Source of the DNA: an uncultured archaeon
GTDB lineage: Archaea; Micrarchaeota; Micrarchaeia; Micrarchaeales; CABMGC01
Length of the DNA stretch: 64,000 nucleotides
Direction of reading: 5' to 3'
NCBI GenBank assembly: GCA_963752955.1
Contig: CAVWAD010000007.1
Coordinates: 148,947-212,946 of the forward strand
Part shown: piece after piece, positions 1-8,801 of the stretch
Layout of the letters: every line of letters starts with the position of its first letter
Numbering within the stretch: the stretch's first letter is position 1
Notes under the pieces: model-generated
Seen by the model: only the letters and a program-made list of their open reading frames with translations
Told to the model about the DNA's origin: nothing
The model's database searches: none
Made by a program: the position numbers and the translations under genes

Positions 1-143
1 GGGGCACCGCATGCGGCTCGGAACAGTACGGGCCGTACGACATCGCGCTGAACTTATTCAACGCGGAGAGCTACAACCAGACGGCGCGGGGGAACGCGCT
101 GAGGGCGCTCTGCGTCTCGGAAAGAATCGTGTGGTCCCGATGA
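1..143 (+). CDS. 3' end of an upstream CDS (partial, unknown function)
   Basis: Open frame ...GTACGSEQYGPYDIALNLFNAESYNQTARGNALRALCVSERIVWSR* ends at TGA 141-143, overlapping the next ATG (ATGA). Confidence 0.55.
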   Translation, partial: GTACGSEQYGPYDIALNLFNAESYNQTARGNALRALCVSERIVWSR

Positions 144-1096
144 GGTTCGAGTACTCGGCCGGCGCGTTCGTGTATGTGAGGGAGCGCGGCAAGACGCGGG
201 TCCTGTTTCTGATAAGGCCAAAGGACTACGACCTGCCCAAGGGGCACATAGAGAAGGGCGAGAGCGCTGAGGTCGCCGCCCACAGGGAGCTGAGGGAGGA
301 GACGGGCACGGACGTGCAGTTCGTGCCGCACTTCGCGGAGAAGAACAAGTACTTCTTCAGAAAGGGGAAGGACGTGGTCCTGAAGCAGGTCACTCTCTTC
401 CTGGGCAGGGCGAAGACAAAGGAAGTCAGGATATCCAAAGAGCACACTGGCTACGAATGGCTGGATTACGAGGGCGTAATGGAGAAGGTGAAGTACAAGG
501 ACACGAAGTTGCTCATGCCTCGACTGTTCGATTACATAGAGAGGCATGAGGAGATGGTGCGGCTCAACGCGGAGTACTCCCGCCTGCCGAGGAAGATCCG
601 CGGCTGGGACCTGAGCAGGAGGTTCGTCCCGGGTGAGGGCCCGCTGGACGCGGGCGCGATCATGCTGGGCGAGGCCCCGGGCGCAAGGGAGGACGAGCAG
701 GGAAGGCCCTTCGTGGGAAGGAGCGGCGCCGTGCTTGGAAGGACCCTGAAAAAAGCGGGGCTGAGAAGGGAGGATTTCTACATAACCAGCATCGTACAGT
801 TCAGGCCGCCCGAAAACAGGGCGCCCAGGAGGGAGGAGATAGCCGCGTGCAGAGGATTCCTCGCCAGGCAGATGGAGATCATAAGGCCCAAGGTCGTGGT
901 CCTCCTTGGAAGGACTGCCAGCGGCGAGATGCTCGGCGTGGACAGGATGGCTGAGAGCCATGGAAGGGTGGTGAAGAGGGAGGGAACCAACTATTTCGTC
1001 ACTTACCATCCCGCGGCGGCGCTCAGGTCGACGGCCAACCTGAAAAAGATGGCAAGTGACTTCAAAAGGCTGAAGAAGCTGCTTACCGCAAAATAA
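140..1096 (+). CDS. Nudix hydrolase (Ap4A-hydrolase-like) fused to family-4 uracil-DNA glycosylase
   Basis: Nudix box PKGHIEKGESAEVAAHRELREETG and SKEHTGYEW; UDG4 motifs GEAPG..E...GRPFVGRSG, RPPENR and TYHPAA; start moved to ATG 140. Confidence 0.85.
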   Translation: MRFEYSAGAFVYVRERGKTRVLFLIRPKDYDLPKGHIEKGESAEVAAHRELREETGTDVQFVPHFAEKNKYFFRKGKDVVLKQVTLFLGRAKTKEVRISKEHTGYEWLDYEGVMEKVKYKDTKLLMPRLFDYIERHEEMVRLNAEYSRLPRKIRGWDLSRRFVPGEGPLDAGAIMLGEAPGAREDEQGRPFVGRSGAVLGRTLKKAGLRREDFYITSIVQFRPPENRAPRREEIAACRGFLARQMEIIRPKVVVLLGRTASGEMLGVDRMAESHGRVVKREGTNYFVTYHPAAALRSTANLKKMASDFKRLKKLLTAK

Positions 1097-1124
1097 TATA
1101 ACCTGAACAGCGAAGTAATAGTAC

Positions 1125-1199
1125 GGGCTCGTAGCTCAGCTTGGTTAGAGCGCTCGACTGATAATCGAGAGGTCTGGAGTTCAAATCTCCGCGGGCCCA
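1125..1199 (+). tRNA. tRNA-Ile(GAT), no encoded CCA
   Basis: Acceptor GGGCTCG/CGGGCCC, anticodon arm CTCGA-CT GAT AA-TCGAG, T-loop TTCAAAT; AT-rich TATA-like element near 1091-1100. Confidence 0.95.
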
Positions 1200-1279
1200 T
1201 CTGCCTTATTCTCAGTTACGTTCTGCCCGAATGGTATTAATATTTTGAGAGGTAGATCATAGCGAGTCGAGGCAATCGC

Positions 1280-1897
1280 ATGAACCCCTATTCCCTGGCC
1301 GAGGGCGAGCTTCTCGTTAAGGCGGCGAGGAACGCCATAGAAATATACCTCACCTCGTCCAATTTCAGGCGCGAGGCCGTGGAGGGAAGCCTCTCCGGGT
1401 TCGAGCGCAGGCACGGGGTCTTCGTAACTATATACCACTACCCCACGAGGGCGCTCAGGGGGTGCATAGGGTTCACGGAGGGCGTGAAGCCGATCAGGAA
1501 GCTCATCGTGGACGCCGCCGTCTCGGCGGCCGTGGAGGACCCCAGGTTCGTGCCGCTGTCGCACCTCGAGCTGGAGCACGTCACGATCGAGGTCAGCCTG
1601 CTCTCCGAGCCCGCAAGGATCACCGGCGATCCCTCAGCGATAAAGGACAAGGTCAAGGTGGGAAGGGACGGGCTCATGATAGAGTACGGGTACAACAGGG
1701 GACTGCTTCTCCCGATAGTGGCCGTGGAGGAGGGCTGGAGCGCGGAGGAGTTCCTTGACAACGTATGCATCAAGGCCGGCATGGGCAAGCAGACGTGGAA
1801 GCGGCAGGGCGTCTCCATCTACAGGTTCTCTTCGCAGGTTTTCGCCGAGACGGAACCCAGGGGGAGGATCAGGGAAGTAAGCCTTGAAGAGGCGTGA
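1280..1897 (+). CDS. AMMECR1-domain protein (TIGR00296-like)
   Basis: GVFVTI, LRGCIG, DPRF, IEVSLLS, GRDGL and GLLLP motifs. Confidence 0.9.
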   Translation: MNPYSLAEGELLVKAARNAIEIYLTSSNFRREAVEGSLSGFERRHGVFVTIYHYPTRALRGCIGFTEGVKPIRKLIVDAAVSAAVEDPRFVPLSHLELEHVTIEVSLLSEPARITGDPSAIKDKVKVGRDGLMIEYGYNRGLLLPIVAVEEGWSAEEFLDNVCIKAGMGKQTWKRQGVSIYRFSSQVFAETEPRGRIREVSLEEA

Positions 1898-1918
1898 GAC
1901 GGATACCCGTATGAAATT

Positions 1919-2842
1919 TCAAGGCGATTTTTCCATCAGGTATTTCCTGGCCTGCAGGGCCGCCTTCACGCCGTCCCCGCTCGCCACCGAGGCCTGCCTG
2001 TATGTCCTGTCCGAGACGTCGCCGGCAACGAACACGCCCTCCACCGAGGTCTTGACCTCGTCCCTCTTGGTTATGTAGCCCAGGTCGTCGATCTCCAGCT
2101 GGCCCTCGAATATCTTGGAGCTGGGCACGTACCCTATCGCCACGAAGACCCCGTCGATGGGGATCTCCGCCACCTCGTTGGTGACGACGTTCTTTATCTT
2201 TGCGGAGGTGACCACTTTCGTGTCGCCCTTTATCTCCTCCACGACCGAGTTCCACACGACCTTTATCTTGGGGCTGGACAGCATCCTGTCCTGCATGATC
2301 TTGCTGGCCCTGAAGGCGTCGCGCCTGTGCACGATTTTCACGCTGCGCACGAACCTGGTGAGGAAGAACGCGTCGTCCATAGCGGTGTCGCCGCCGCCCA
2401 CGACGATAACGTCCTTGTTCTTGAAGAAGTTTGCGTCACAGGTTGCGCAGCTTGACACCCCCTTTCCCATGTACTCGGCCTCGGACTCCAGCCCGAGCAT
2501 CTTGGCTCTCGCCCCCGTGGTTATTATCACCGAATCGGTCTCGTAAGTCTTGTCTCCCACGGCGATCCTGAAGGGACGTGACTTGAAATCTACGCCGGAC
2601 ACATCCTCGTCGACGAACCTGGCGCCGAACTTCTGCGCCTGCTTCCTCATGCGGTCGATAATCTCGTAGCCCTGGATTCCGTCCGGGAAGCCGGGCATGT
2701 TCTCCACTTCGGTCGTCAGAAGCAGCTGGCCTCCAGCGTCTGAGCCTCCTATCACCAGCGGATTGAAGCCCTCCCTGGCGGTGTATATCGCCGCGGAAAG
2801 GCCGGCGGGGCCCGAACCGATGATCATTACCTTCTCAACCAT
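1919..2842 (-). CDS. trxB: Thioredoxin-disulfide reductase
   Basis: GSGPAG FAD motif, GVSSCATCD redox CxxC, VVGGGDTA, VHRRD, GVFVAGDV. Confidence 0.95.
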   Translation of the reverse strand: MVEKVMIIGSGPAGLSAAIYTAREGFNPLVIGGSDAGGQLLLTTEVENMPGFPDGIQGYEIIDRMRKQAQKFGARFVDEDVSGVDFKSRPFRIAVGDKTYETDSVIITTGARAKMLGLESEAEYMGKGVSSCATCDANFFKNKDVIVVGGGDTAMDDAFFLTRFVRSVKIVHRRDAFRASKIMQDRMLSSPKIKVVWNSVVEEIKGDTKVVTSAKIKNVVTNEVAEIPIDGVFVAIGYVPSSKIFEGQLEIDDLGYITKRDEVKTSVEGVFVAGDVSDRTYRQASVASGDGVKAALQARKYLMEKSP

Positions 2843-2911
2843 GCCAAGCACGAATTATTCTTGCGCAACAAGATTTAATAAGTTTAGAATCGCTATCTAC
2901 GCGGCGACCTG

Positions 2912-3877
2912 ATGGCACTTGTCCTTGGCGACTATAGAGTGGCGCTCGACTCCAGCGACAAGAGCGCCAACGTGAACTTCGTGTCGCACGCCCACACCGA
3001 CCACATGGCCGGGCTGAGGAAAAACAGGAAGGCGCTCGCCAGCGAGATAACCAAGGACCTGATTGAGTGCAGGAGCGGCATGACCGTCGACCTCGCCGAG
3101 GAGCCCGATTGCGTTGACCTGCTCGACGCCGGGCACATACTGGGCTCGAAGCAACTGTACGTGGAGAACGACCTATACGGCTACTCCGTCATATATAGCG
3201 GAGACTACCAGATGTCCCGGCCCCTCATCGCGGAGAAGATAGAGGTGAGGGAGGCTGACGTGCTAGTAATGGACTCCACGTATCCCGACCCGAAGGTGGT
3301 CTTCGAGGACAGGGACGAGGTGATAACCGCGATACAGCGCTACGCGCAGATCAAGCTTGAGAAGGGCATAGTTCTCTTCGGCGCGCACATCATAGGAAGG
3401 GCGCAGGAACTGATACACATACTCAACGAGGTCGGGATAGAGCCCCTTGTCGACGAGAAGATCTGCAGCGCGAACGCGGTGTACAAGAAGCACGGGATCA
3501 GCCTGTCGTACCAGCAGGCGGACCTGTTCGGATCGGACATCGGAAAGGGGGAGAACTTCGTCGCGATAGCCGAGCAGTCGAAGCTGGGCGCGCTCAGGGA
3601 GAAGCTCGCCTCGGAATCCTCGCGGCGCGTCTTCACCGCGATCGCCACCGGCCTTGCGAAGTCGTTCCGCTTTGGCACCGACGTGCAGTTCGCGCTGAGC
3701 GACCACGCGGACTTCTCGCAGGCGGTCGAGTACATAAACGCGTGCGATCCTAAGCTCGTTCTCACGTTCGGGCGGCGCTCCGACGTCTTCGCCAAGAACC
3801 TCTCGGTGAGGGGCTACAACGCCAGGCCGCTGAGGGACACGTCCGAGCTGCACGGCATAACGCTAAACCATATGTAG
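2912..3877 (+). CDS. MBL-fold beta-CASP-type nuclease
   Basis: SHAHTDH, AGHILGS, YSGDY, DSTY and LSDHADF motifs. Confidence 0.8.
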   Translation: MALVLGDYRVALDSSDKSANVNFVSHAHTDHMAGLRKNRKALASEITKDLIECRSGMTVDLAEEPDCVDLLDAGHILGSKQLYVENDLYGYSVIYSGDYQMSRPLIAEKIEVREADVLVMDSTYPDPKVVFEDRDEVITAIQRYAQIKLEKGIVLFGAHIIGRAQELIHILNEVGIEPLVDEKICSANAVYKKHGISLSYQQADLFGSDIGKGENFVAIAEQSKLGALREKLASESSRRVFTAIATGLAKSFRFGTDVQFALSDHADFSQAVEYINACDPKLVLTFGRRSDVFAKNLSVRGYNARPLRDTSELHGITLNHM

Positions 3878-3897
3878 TTTTGCGGGGCAGTAATACC

Positions 3898-4998
3898 ATG
3901 CACTACGCGACCACCCTGCCGCTGCACGGGGGCAAGGCGCCGAGATGGCTCTTCGACCGCATGGTCAAGCTCGGCGGGGAGATCTCCACCGTAATAATGG
4001 ACGAGTTCGGCCCGGACGAGCTGCTCAGGAGGATCGGGGACAAGGACTGGCTCCAGGCATTCGCCTGCACGATAGGCTACGACTGGCACAGCAGCGGCAC
4101 GACGACGGTCACGATGGGCGCGCTCAAGGAGGCGCTCAACGGCGGCGGGGAAATATTCATAGCGGGAGGCAAGGGCAAGGCGGGCACTAACACGCCGAAT
4201 GACATAATCGAAGGGGTCGACAGGCTCTCAATCCCTGAATCCGCGGTCGAGTTCGCCGAGTACAGCAGGCTCGCCGCGAAGATAGACGCGTCCATGATAT
4301 ACGAGGACATAGGAATATACCACCACACATTCGCGTTTGCCAGGAGCGGGAAATGGGCGGTGGTCCAGCAGGGCATGCGGAAGGAAGGCAGCACCGCCGT
4401 GCGCTTCCAGTGGTTCAGCGACCTCGTGGACGACAGGGACATGGCCAACGAGCCGCACAGCGGAATGGCCGCGGAGACGGGGACGACGACCATGGACCTG
4501 ACCTGCGCGGGCAACAAGTGGGCCAGGGAGGGGATGCCGGCGGCGCTGGAGGAGTACGGACGGATAGTCTCCGGCTCGTATCCCGACCGGCACGGCATAG
4601 TGCCCCAGATCGACATAAGCAGGCGCGGCGCGGAGATGATAAGGAAGGCCGGCGAGATCGACCCGAAGGACTACAGGGAGCTCCTCCTGGTAAGGGGCGT
4701 GGGAAGGTCCACCATCAGGTCGCTCGCTTTCGTGGCTAGCCTGATATACGACAAGGAACTGGCTTACAGGGACCCGGTCGCATATTCCTACAACCTTGGC
4801 GGAAAGGACGGCATACCCTTCAGGATAAACAGGTCTGGCTACGATTCCGTGATAGACTCCATGAAGGACATCATAGACCAGGCCCGCCTGGACAGCGGCG
4901 AGAAGTACGGCGCGCTGAGGCGGCTTGATAGCTATTTAAAGCAGAATTCGCCAAGTAGTAGCGAGAGTGCGGTCAATGGCGGCGGACAAGGAAGCTGA
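3898..4998 (+). CDS. DUF763 family protein
   Basis: LPLHGGKAPRWLF, GYDWHSSGTTT, W.VVQQGM, HhH-like LLLVRGVG, GGKDG.P. Confidence 0.85.
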   Translation: MHYATTLPLHGGKAPRWLFDRMVKLGGEISTVIMDEFGPDELLRRIGDKDWLQAFACTIGYDWHSSGTTTVTMGALKEALNGGGEIFIAGGKGKAGTNTPNDIIEGVDRLSIPESAVEFAEYSRLAAKIDASMIYEDIGIYHHTFAFARSGKWAVVQQGMRKEGSTAVRFQWFSDLVDDRDMANEPHSGMAAETGTTTMDLTCAGNKWAREGMPAALEEYGRIVSGSYPDRHGIVPQIDISRRGAEMIRKAGEIDPKDYRELLLVRGVGRSTIRSLAFVASLIYDKELAYRDPVAYSYNLGGKDGIPFRINRSGYDSVIDSMKDIIDQARLDSGEKYGALRRLDSYLKQNSPSSSESAVNGGGQGS

Positions 4999-6025
4999 GG
5001 AGAATACCAACTACAAGTACCTTCTGATCCTGCTGGGGATGGCCAGCGTGGTGCTCTCCGCGGCGACGATCTACATGATGCAGGTGCTGTCCATCGGCTA
5101 CGGCACCTACTACGGCATCGGCAGCCTTATACGCTCCGGAACGCTCAACGGGGTGCTGAGCCAGACGAACCTGACCGTACTGTCCCTGAAGGCCAGCTCC
5201 GCGATGAGCAGCATCACCACCGCGATGAGGGAGGTCTACATCATATTCCTGCTGTCGCTCGGCATGCTCGGCTCGTCCTTCGTCCTTTACACCGCGAGGA
5301 GGGTAAGGCACAGCCCAATGGTGAGGAGGTACACCCTCCTGCACTCCGTGCTCACGATCCTGTACGTTGCGCTGTTCTACATAGTGTTCTCAAGCGGCTT
5401 CAGCATAGACCTCTTCGGGTCCTACTTCCTTCTGGTCTACTTCGCGATGGCTGTGGCCATGGCCGTCGACGCTTATCTGGAATTCGGGGTCCACGGCTAC
5501 GGCCGGAAGCTGCTGAAAAGGGAGATTAGGATAGAGGCGGGCACGCCCTACACGAACCTCGTAAAGCTCAGGGAGGGGGTCTTCTCCGGCCTCAGCGGCA
5601 ACGTGGGGATCGTCGACAAGCACTTCAACTCCCAGGCGATATCGAACCTGCACAGGCTCATCGAAGGCAACCTCGCGAACGTCAAGAGGATCGACGTCCT
5701 CACGACAAGGGAGATGTTCGACTCCAGGTTCCTCGAGAACTACAACGACTTCAAGAAGGAGCTGTCGAACGCGGGCGTGGAGCTGAACTTCATGCTCATG
5801 GCCGACGCGGACAGCGTGAGCCAGCACGAGAGGTTCATATTCGACGACAGCAGGGCCTACAAGATACCTCCCCTGAACATAATCAACAAGAAGAGCGAGC
5901 ACGTCGTCAGCTTCAGCGTGAAGGACGCTAGGGGCAGGTTCGAGTCGATGGCGAGGAACGCGCTGAAGTACGAGAACTACCTCGTCAGGCAGGCGCGGGA
6001 ACAAAAACAGCAGGGCGTTGAATGA
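4976..6025 (+). CDS. Multi-TM membrane protein with C-terminal PLD-like domain
   Basis: About 4 hydrophobic segments in the N-half; C-half has IVDKHF and HERFIFDD, resembling PLD-superfamily IxDxY / HDRFI motifs. Confidence 0.6.
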   Translation: MAADKEAEENTNYKYLLILLGMASVVLSAATIYMMQVLSIGYGTYYGIGSLIRSGTLNGVLSQTNLTVLSLKASSAMSSITTAMREVYIIFLLSLGMLGSSFVLYTARRVRHSPMVRRYTLLHSVLTILYVALFYIVFSSGFSIDLFGSYFLLVYFAMAVAMAVDAYLEFGVHGYGRKLLKREIRIEAGTPYTNLVKLREGVFSGLSGNVGIVDKHFNSQAISNLHRLIEGNLANVKRIDVLTTREMFDSRFLENYNDFKKELSNAGVELNFMLMADADSVSQHERFIFDDSRAYKIPPLNIINKKSEHVVSFSVKDARGRFESMARNALKYENYLVRQAREQKQQGVE

Positions 6026-6300
6026 AAGCAACAAACATCTACAAGGCGGAGAAGGGCCTTATCCGGGTTAGCGCGGAGATAGAGGAAGGCATCATCAGAG
6101 AAATAAGGATAACCGGCGACTTCTTCATGCTGCCCGAGAGGTCCGTTCTGCTGCTCGAGGGCCTGCTGAGGGGAAAGGCCTTCGAAGAGTCGGCCATATC
6201 CGACGCCCTCGACGCGTTTTACGGCAGCGGGGTGGAGACGCCTTGCGTGACGAAGGAAGACTTCCTGAAGGCCATAAGCGGTGCGAAGAATGAGGTTTAG
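6022..6300 (+). CDS. Lipoate-protein ligase accessory subunit (LplB / LplA C-terminal domain)
   Basis: GLIRV..GII.EI.ITGDFF motif; adjacent to the LplA catalytic gene. Confidence 0.85.
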   Translation: MKATNIYKAEKGLIRVSAEIEEGIIREIRITGDFFMLPERSVLLLEGLLRGKAFEESAISDALDAFYGSGVETPCVTKEDFLKAISGAKNEV

Positions 6301-7075
6301 GCTGATAAGCAAGGACTATCCGGGCGATCCCTACAAGAACATCGCGCTCGACGAGGCGATATTCACGGAGGTGATGAAGGGCAGGTCTCCGCCCACATTC
6401 AGGTTCTACAGGAACGCGAACGCGGTGATACTCGGGTGCTTCCAGACCGCCGAGGAGGAAGTGGACCTCGAATACGCAAGGGCCAATGACATAAAGATAG
6501 TGAAGAGGATAACGGGCGGAGGCGCAGTCTACCACGACATGGGGAACCTCAACTACTCGATAATAACTAAGGACGCCTTCGGAATCGGGCTGGACGTGCA
6601 GAAGCTCTTCTCCACGATGATGGACGGTGCGGTATGCGCTTTTGAAAACATCGGCATCGGCGCGGAGATGGGCAGGCTAAACGACGTGAGCGTGAACGGC
6701 AAGAAGATACTCGGCGCCGCGGCCACCATCGACTCGGGCGCGCTGCTCTTCCACGCCGCGGTGCTGGTGGACGTCGACCTCAACAAGCTGGCGAGCGTGC
6801 TGAAGGTCCCGGGGATAAAGCTGAAGGACAAGGGGATATCGACCATCCTGGAAAGGGTCACGAACGTAAAATCGGTGAGCGGAAAAACCGTCGACGATGT
6901 GAGGAAGGCCCTGCTCGAAGGCTATGCGGACTCCCTGGAGTTCGAGTACGACGAGGGGGGACTGACCGATTCCGAGATGAGGCTCCTGGACAGGCTTTAC
7001 ATCAGGAAGTTCTCGCGGCCTGAATGGAACCTGGGCAGGGAGATACTCGAAGTGGACAGCCCGAAGCAAGAGTGA
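6290..7075 (+). CDS. lplA: Lipoate-protein ligase A catalytic domain
   Basis: NIALDEA, RITGGGAVYHDMGNLNYS, NDV..NGKKI.G. Confidence 0.92.
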   Translation: MRFRLISKDYPGDPYKNIALDEAIFTEVMKGRSPPTFRFYRNANAVILGCFQTAEEEVDLEYARANDIKIVKRITGGGAVYHDMGNLNYSIITKDAFGIGLDVQKLFSTMMDGAVCAFENIGIGAEMGRLNDVSVNGKKILGAAATIDSGALLFHAAVLVDVDLNKLASVLKVPGIKLKDKGISTILERVTNVKSVSGKTVDDVRKALLEGYADSLEFEYDEGGLTDSEMRLLDRLYIRKFSRPEWNLGREILEVDSPKQE

Positions 7076-7084
7076 GCGGATCCG

Positions 7085-8455
7085 CTACTTCTGCGCCTTG
7101 CCGTAGAAGAAGTTCATGGGCCTGCCGAGGGCGGCCTCGGCCGCCTCCTGAAGGGCCTCGCTGTAAGTGGGATGTGGGTGTATCGAGTCGGCGATGTCCT
7201 CGAGGGTGGCCCCCATCTCTATCGCGACCACCGCTTCGCCTATGATGTCGTTGGCGTCGTCCGAGACTATCTCCACGCCCCTGACCACGTTGCTCTCGTC
7301 GTACGCTATCTTCACGAAGCCGTTCGTAGTGTCCAGCGCTATCGCCCTGCCCGACGCGGTAAGCGGAAACTTCGTGACGCTTATGCCATTCCCCTCCAGC
7401 GTGCCAGCGATCGCGATCTCGGGATCGGAGAACACCACCGCGGGGACGACGATGTTGTCGTAGCCCGAGTTCAGCCCGGACGCGACCTCCGCCGCTACGA
7501 CGCCCTGCCGCATCGCCTTGTGGGCCAGGAGCGGCTCGCCTATGACGTCGCCCACGGCGAGTATGTTCGGATCCGTTGTTCTCAGCGAGCCGTCGACCTT
7601 CACGAATCCCTTCTCGTCCACCTGGACGCTTGTGTTTTCAAGGCCGAGTCCGCCGGTGTATGGGGAGAGACCCACAGCGACAACGACCAGCTCGGCGTCC
7701 AGCGTCTTGCCGTCGCTGAGCGTCACGGAGGCGCCGGCGTGGGACGCGGGATTCACTCCCGTGTGCACCTCCACTCCCAGGCTTTCCATCTTGCTCTTTA
7801 TTAGTGCTACGGCATCCCTGTCGAAGCGCGAGAGGACGTCAGACCTCGCGATTATGTGCACCCTGGTGCCGAGCTTGGCGTAGAGCGTGCCGAGCTCTAC
7901 GGAGACGTAGCCAGCCCCAAGGATTACCATGCTCTTGGGTATCCTGTCTAGCATGAGCGCCTGCTTGTAGTCGATTATGCTGCCCCCGAACTCGAAGCCC
8001 TTGAGAACCGTCGGCTCCGAGCCTGTCGCTATGATGGCCTTCTTGAACTGGAGCGAAGTCCCGTTCGTGAGCTGGAGCGTGTTGGATGAAAGGAAGGTGG
8101 CCTGGCCCTTCACCAGCTCCACGCCGTTGGACTTGCACAGGAACTCCACGCCCTGCTCTAGCTTCCTTGAGACGCCCATGCGCCAGTCGTTCATCTTGGC
8201 AGCGTCGATTGTCACGTTGTCGGCGCGTATCCCGAACTTCTCCGCGTGCTGTATCTCGTAGAACATGTCGGATATCTTGATGAGCGTCTTCGAGGGTATG
8301 CACGCGTAGTTGAGGCAGTGCCCACCCATTTTCTCTTTCTCGACTAGCGCGACGTTCATCCCGAGTTGCGCGGCCCTTATCGCCGCGTAGTAGCCTCCGA
8401 CTCCGCCGCCTATGACTGCGAGGTCGACTTCTTCAGGTAAAGAACCCATAACCAT
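7085..8455 (-). CDS. lpdA: Dihydrolipoamide dehydrogenase (E3)
   Basis: GGHCLNYACIPSK, IIATGS, LAHKA, HPHPTYSE. Confidence 0.95.
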   Translation of the reverse strand: MVMGSLPEEVDLAVIGGGVGGYYAAIRAAQLGMNVALVEKEKMGGHCLNYACIPSKTLIKISDMFYEIQHAEKFGIRADNVTIDAAKMNDWRMGVSRKLEQGVEFLCKSNGVELVKGQATFLSSNTLQLTNGTSLQFKKAIIATGSEPTVLKGFEFGGSIIDYKQALMLDRIPKSMVILGAGYVSVELGTLYAKLGTRVHIIARSDVLSRFDRDAVALIKSKMESLGVEVHTGVNPASHAGASVTLSDGKTLDAELVVVAVGLSPYTGGLGLENTSVQVDEKGFVKVDGSLRTTDPNILAVGDVIGEPLLAHKAMRQGVVAAEVASGLNSGYDNIVVPAVVFSDPEIAIAGTLEGNGISVTKFPLTASGRAIALDTTNGFVKIAYDESNVVRGVEIVSDDANDIIGEAVVAIEMGATLEDIADSIHPHPTYSEALQEAAEAALGRPMNFFYGKAQK

Positions 8456-8468
8456 TCATACACCATGA

Positions 8469-8801
8469 TTATCTCAATTCAACCTCGTACTTTGCATCAA
8501 AGGCAGGGACGTGAACTAAAAACAATTTCATTTTCCCTACGTAATTGTATGGAGTGTTCTTAGGTACGATTACCACGTCTGTTTTACTCACGGGAAAGCT
8601 TTTATTATTGATGATGAACCTGCCCTTTCCTTCCAGAACGTAATAAACCCTGTCGCTTATTCTGTTCTTGACTCTTCCATGTTGGGTCTTGACATCGAAG
8701 TAGGCCGCACTTGCATTTCTGAATTCCTTTTTGGAGTTGTAGGCATACCCCTTCAGTCCTTCCCATTCGAATTTCTGGGCATCCTTGAGTCTGAATCTCA
8801 T
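8469..8801 (-). CDS. Cupin-domain protein (AT-rich gene inside the PDH operon)
   Basis: VYYVLEGKG...DVVIVPKNTPY cupin pattern; visibly AT-rich compared with flanks. Confidence 0.75.
   Translation of the reverse strand: MRFRLKDAQKFEWEGLKGYAYNSKKEFRNASAAYFDVKTQHGRVKNRISDRVYYVLEGKGRFIINNKSFPVSKTDVVIVPKNTPYNYVGKMKLFLVHVPAFDAKYEVELR

Noticed and set aside
11-139. Extended N-termini in the ORF track (also pdhA to 12241, AK6 to 25648, pilin to 60032)
   Set aside because: They overlap neighbouring genes; domain homology begins at downstream starts
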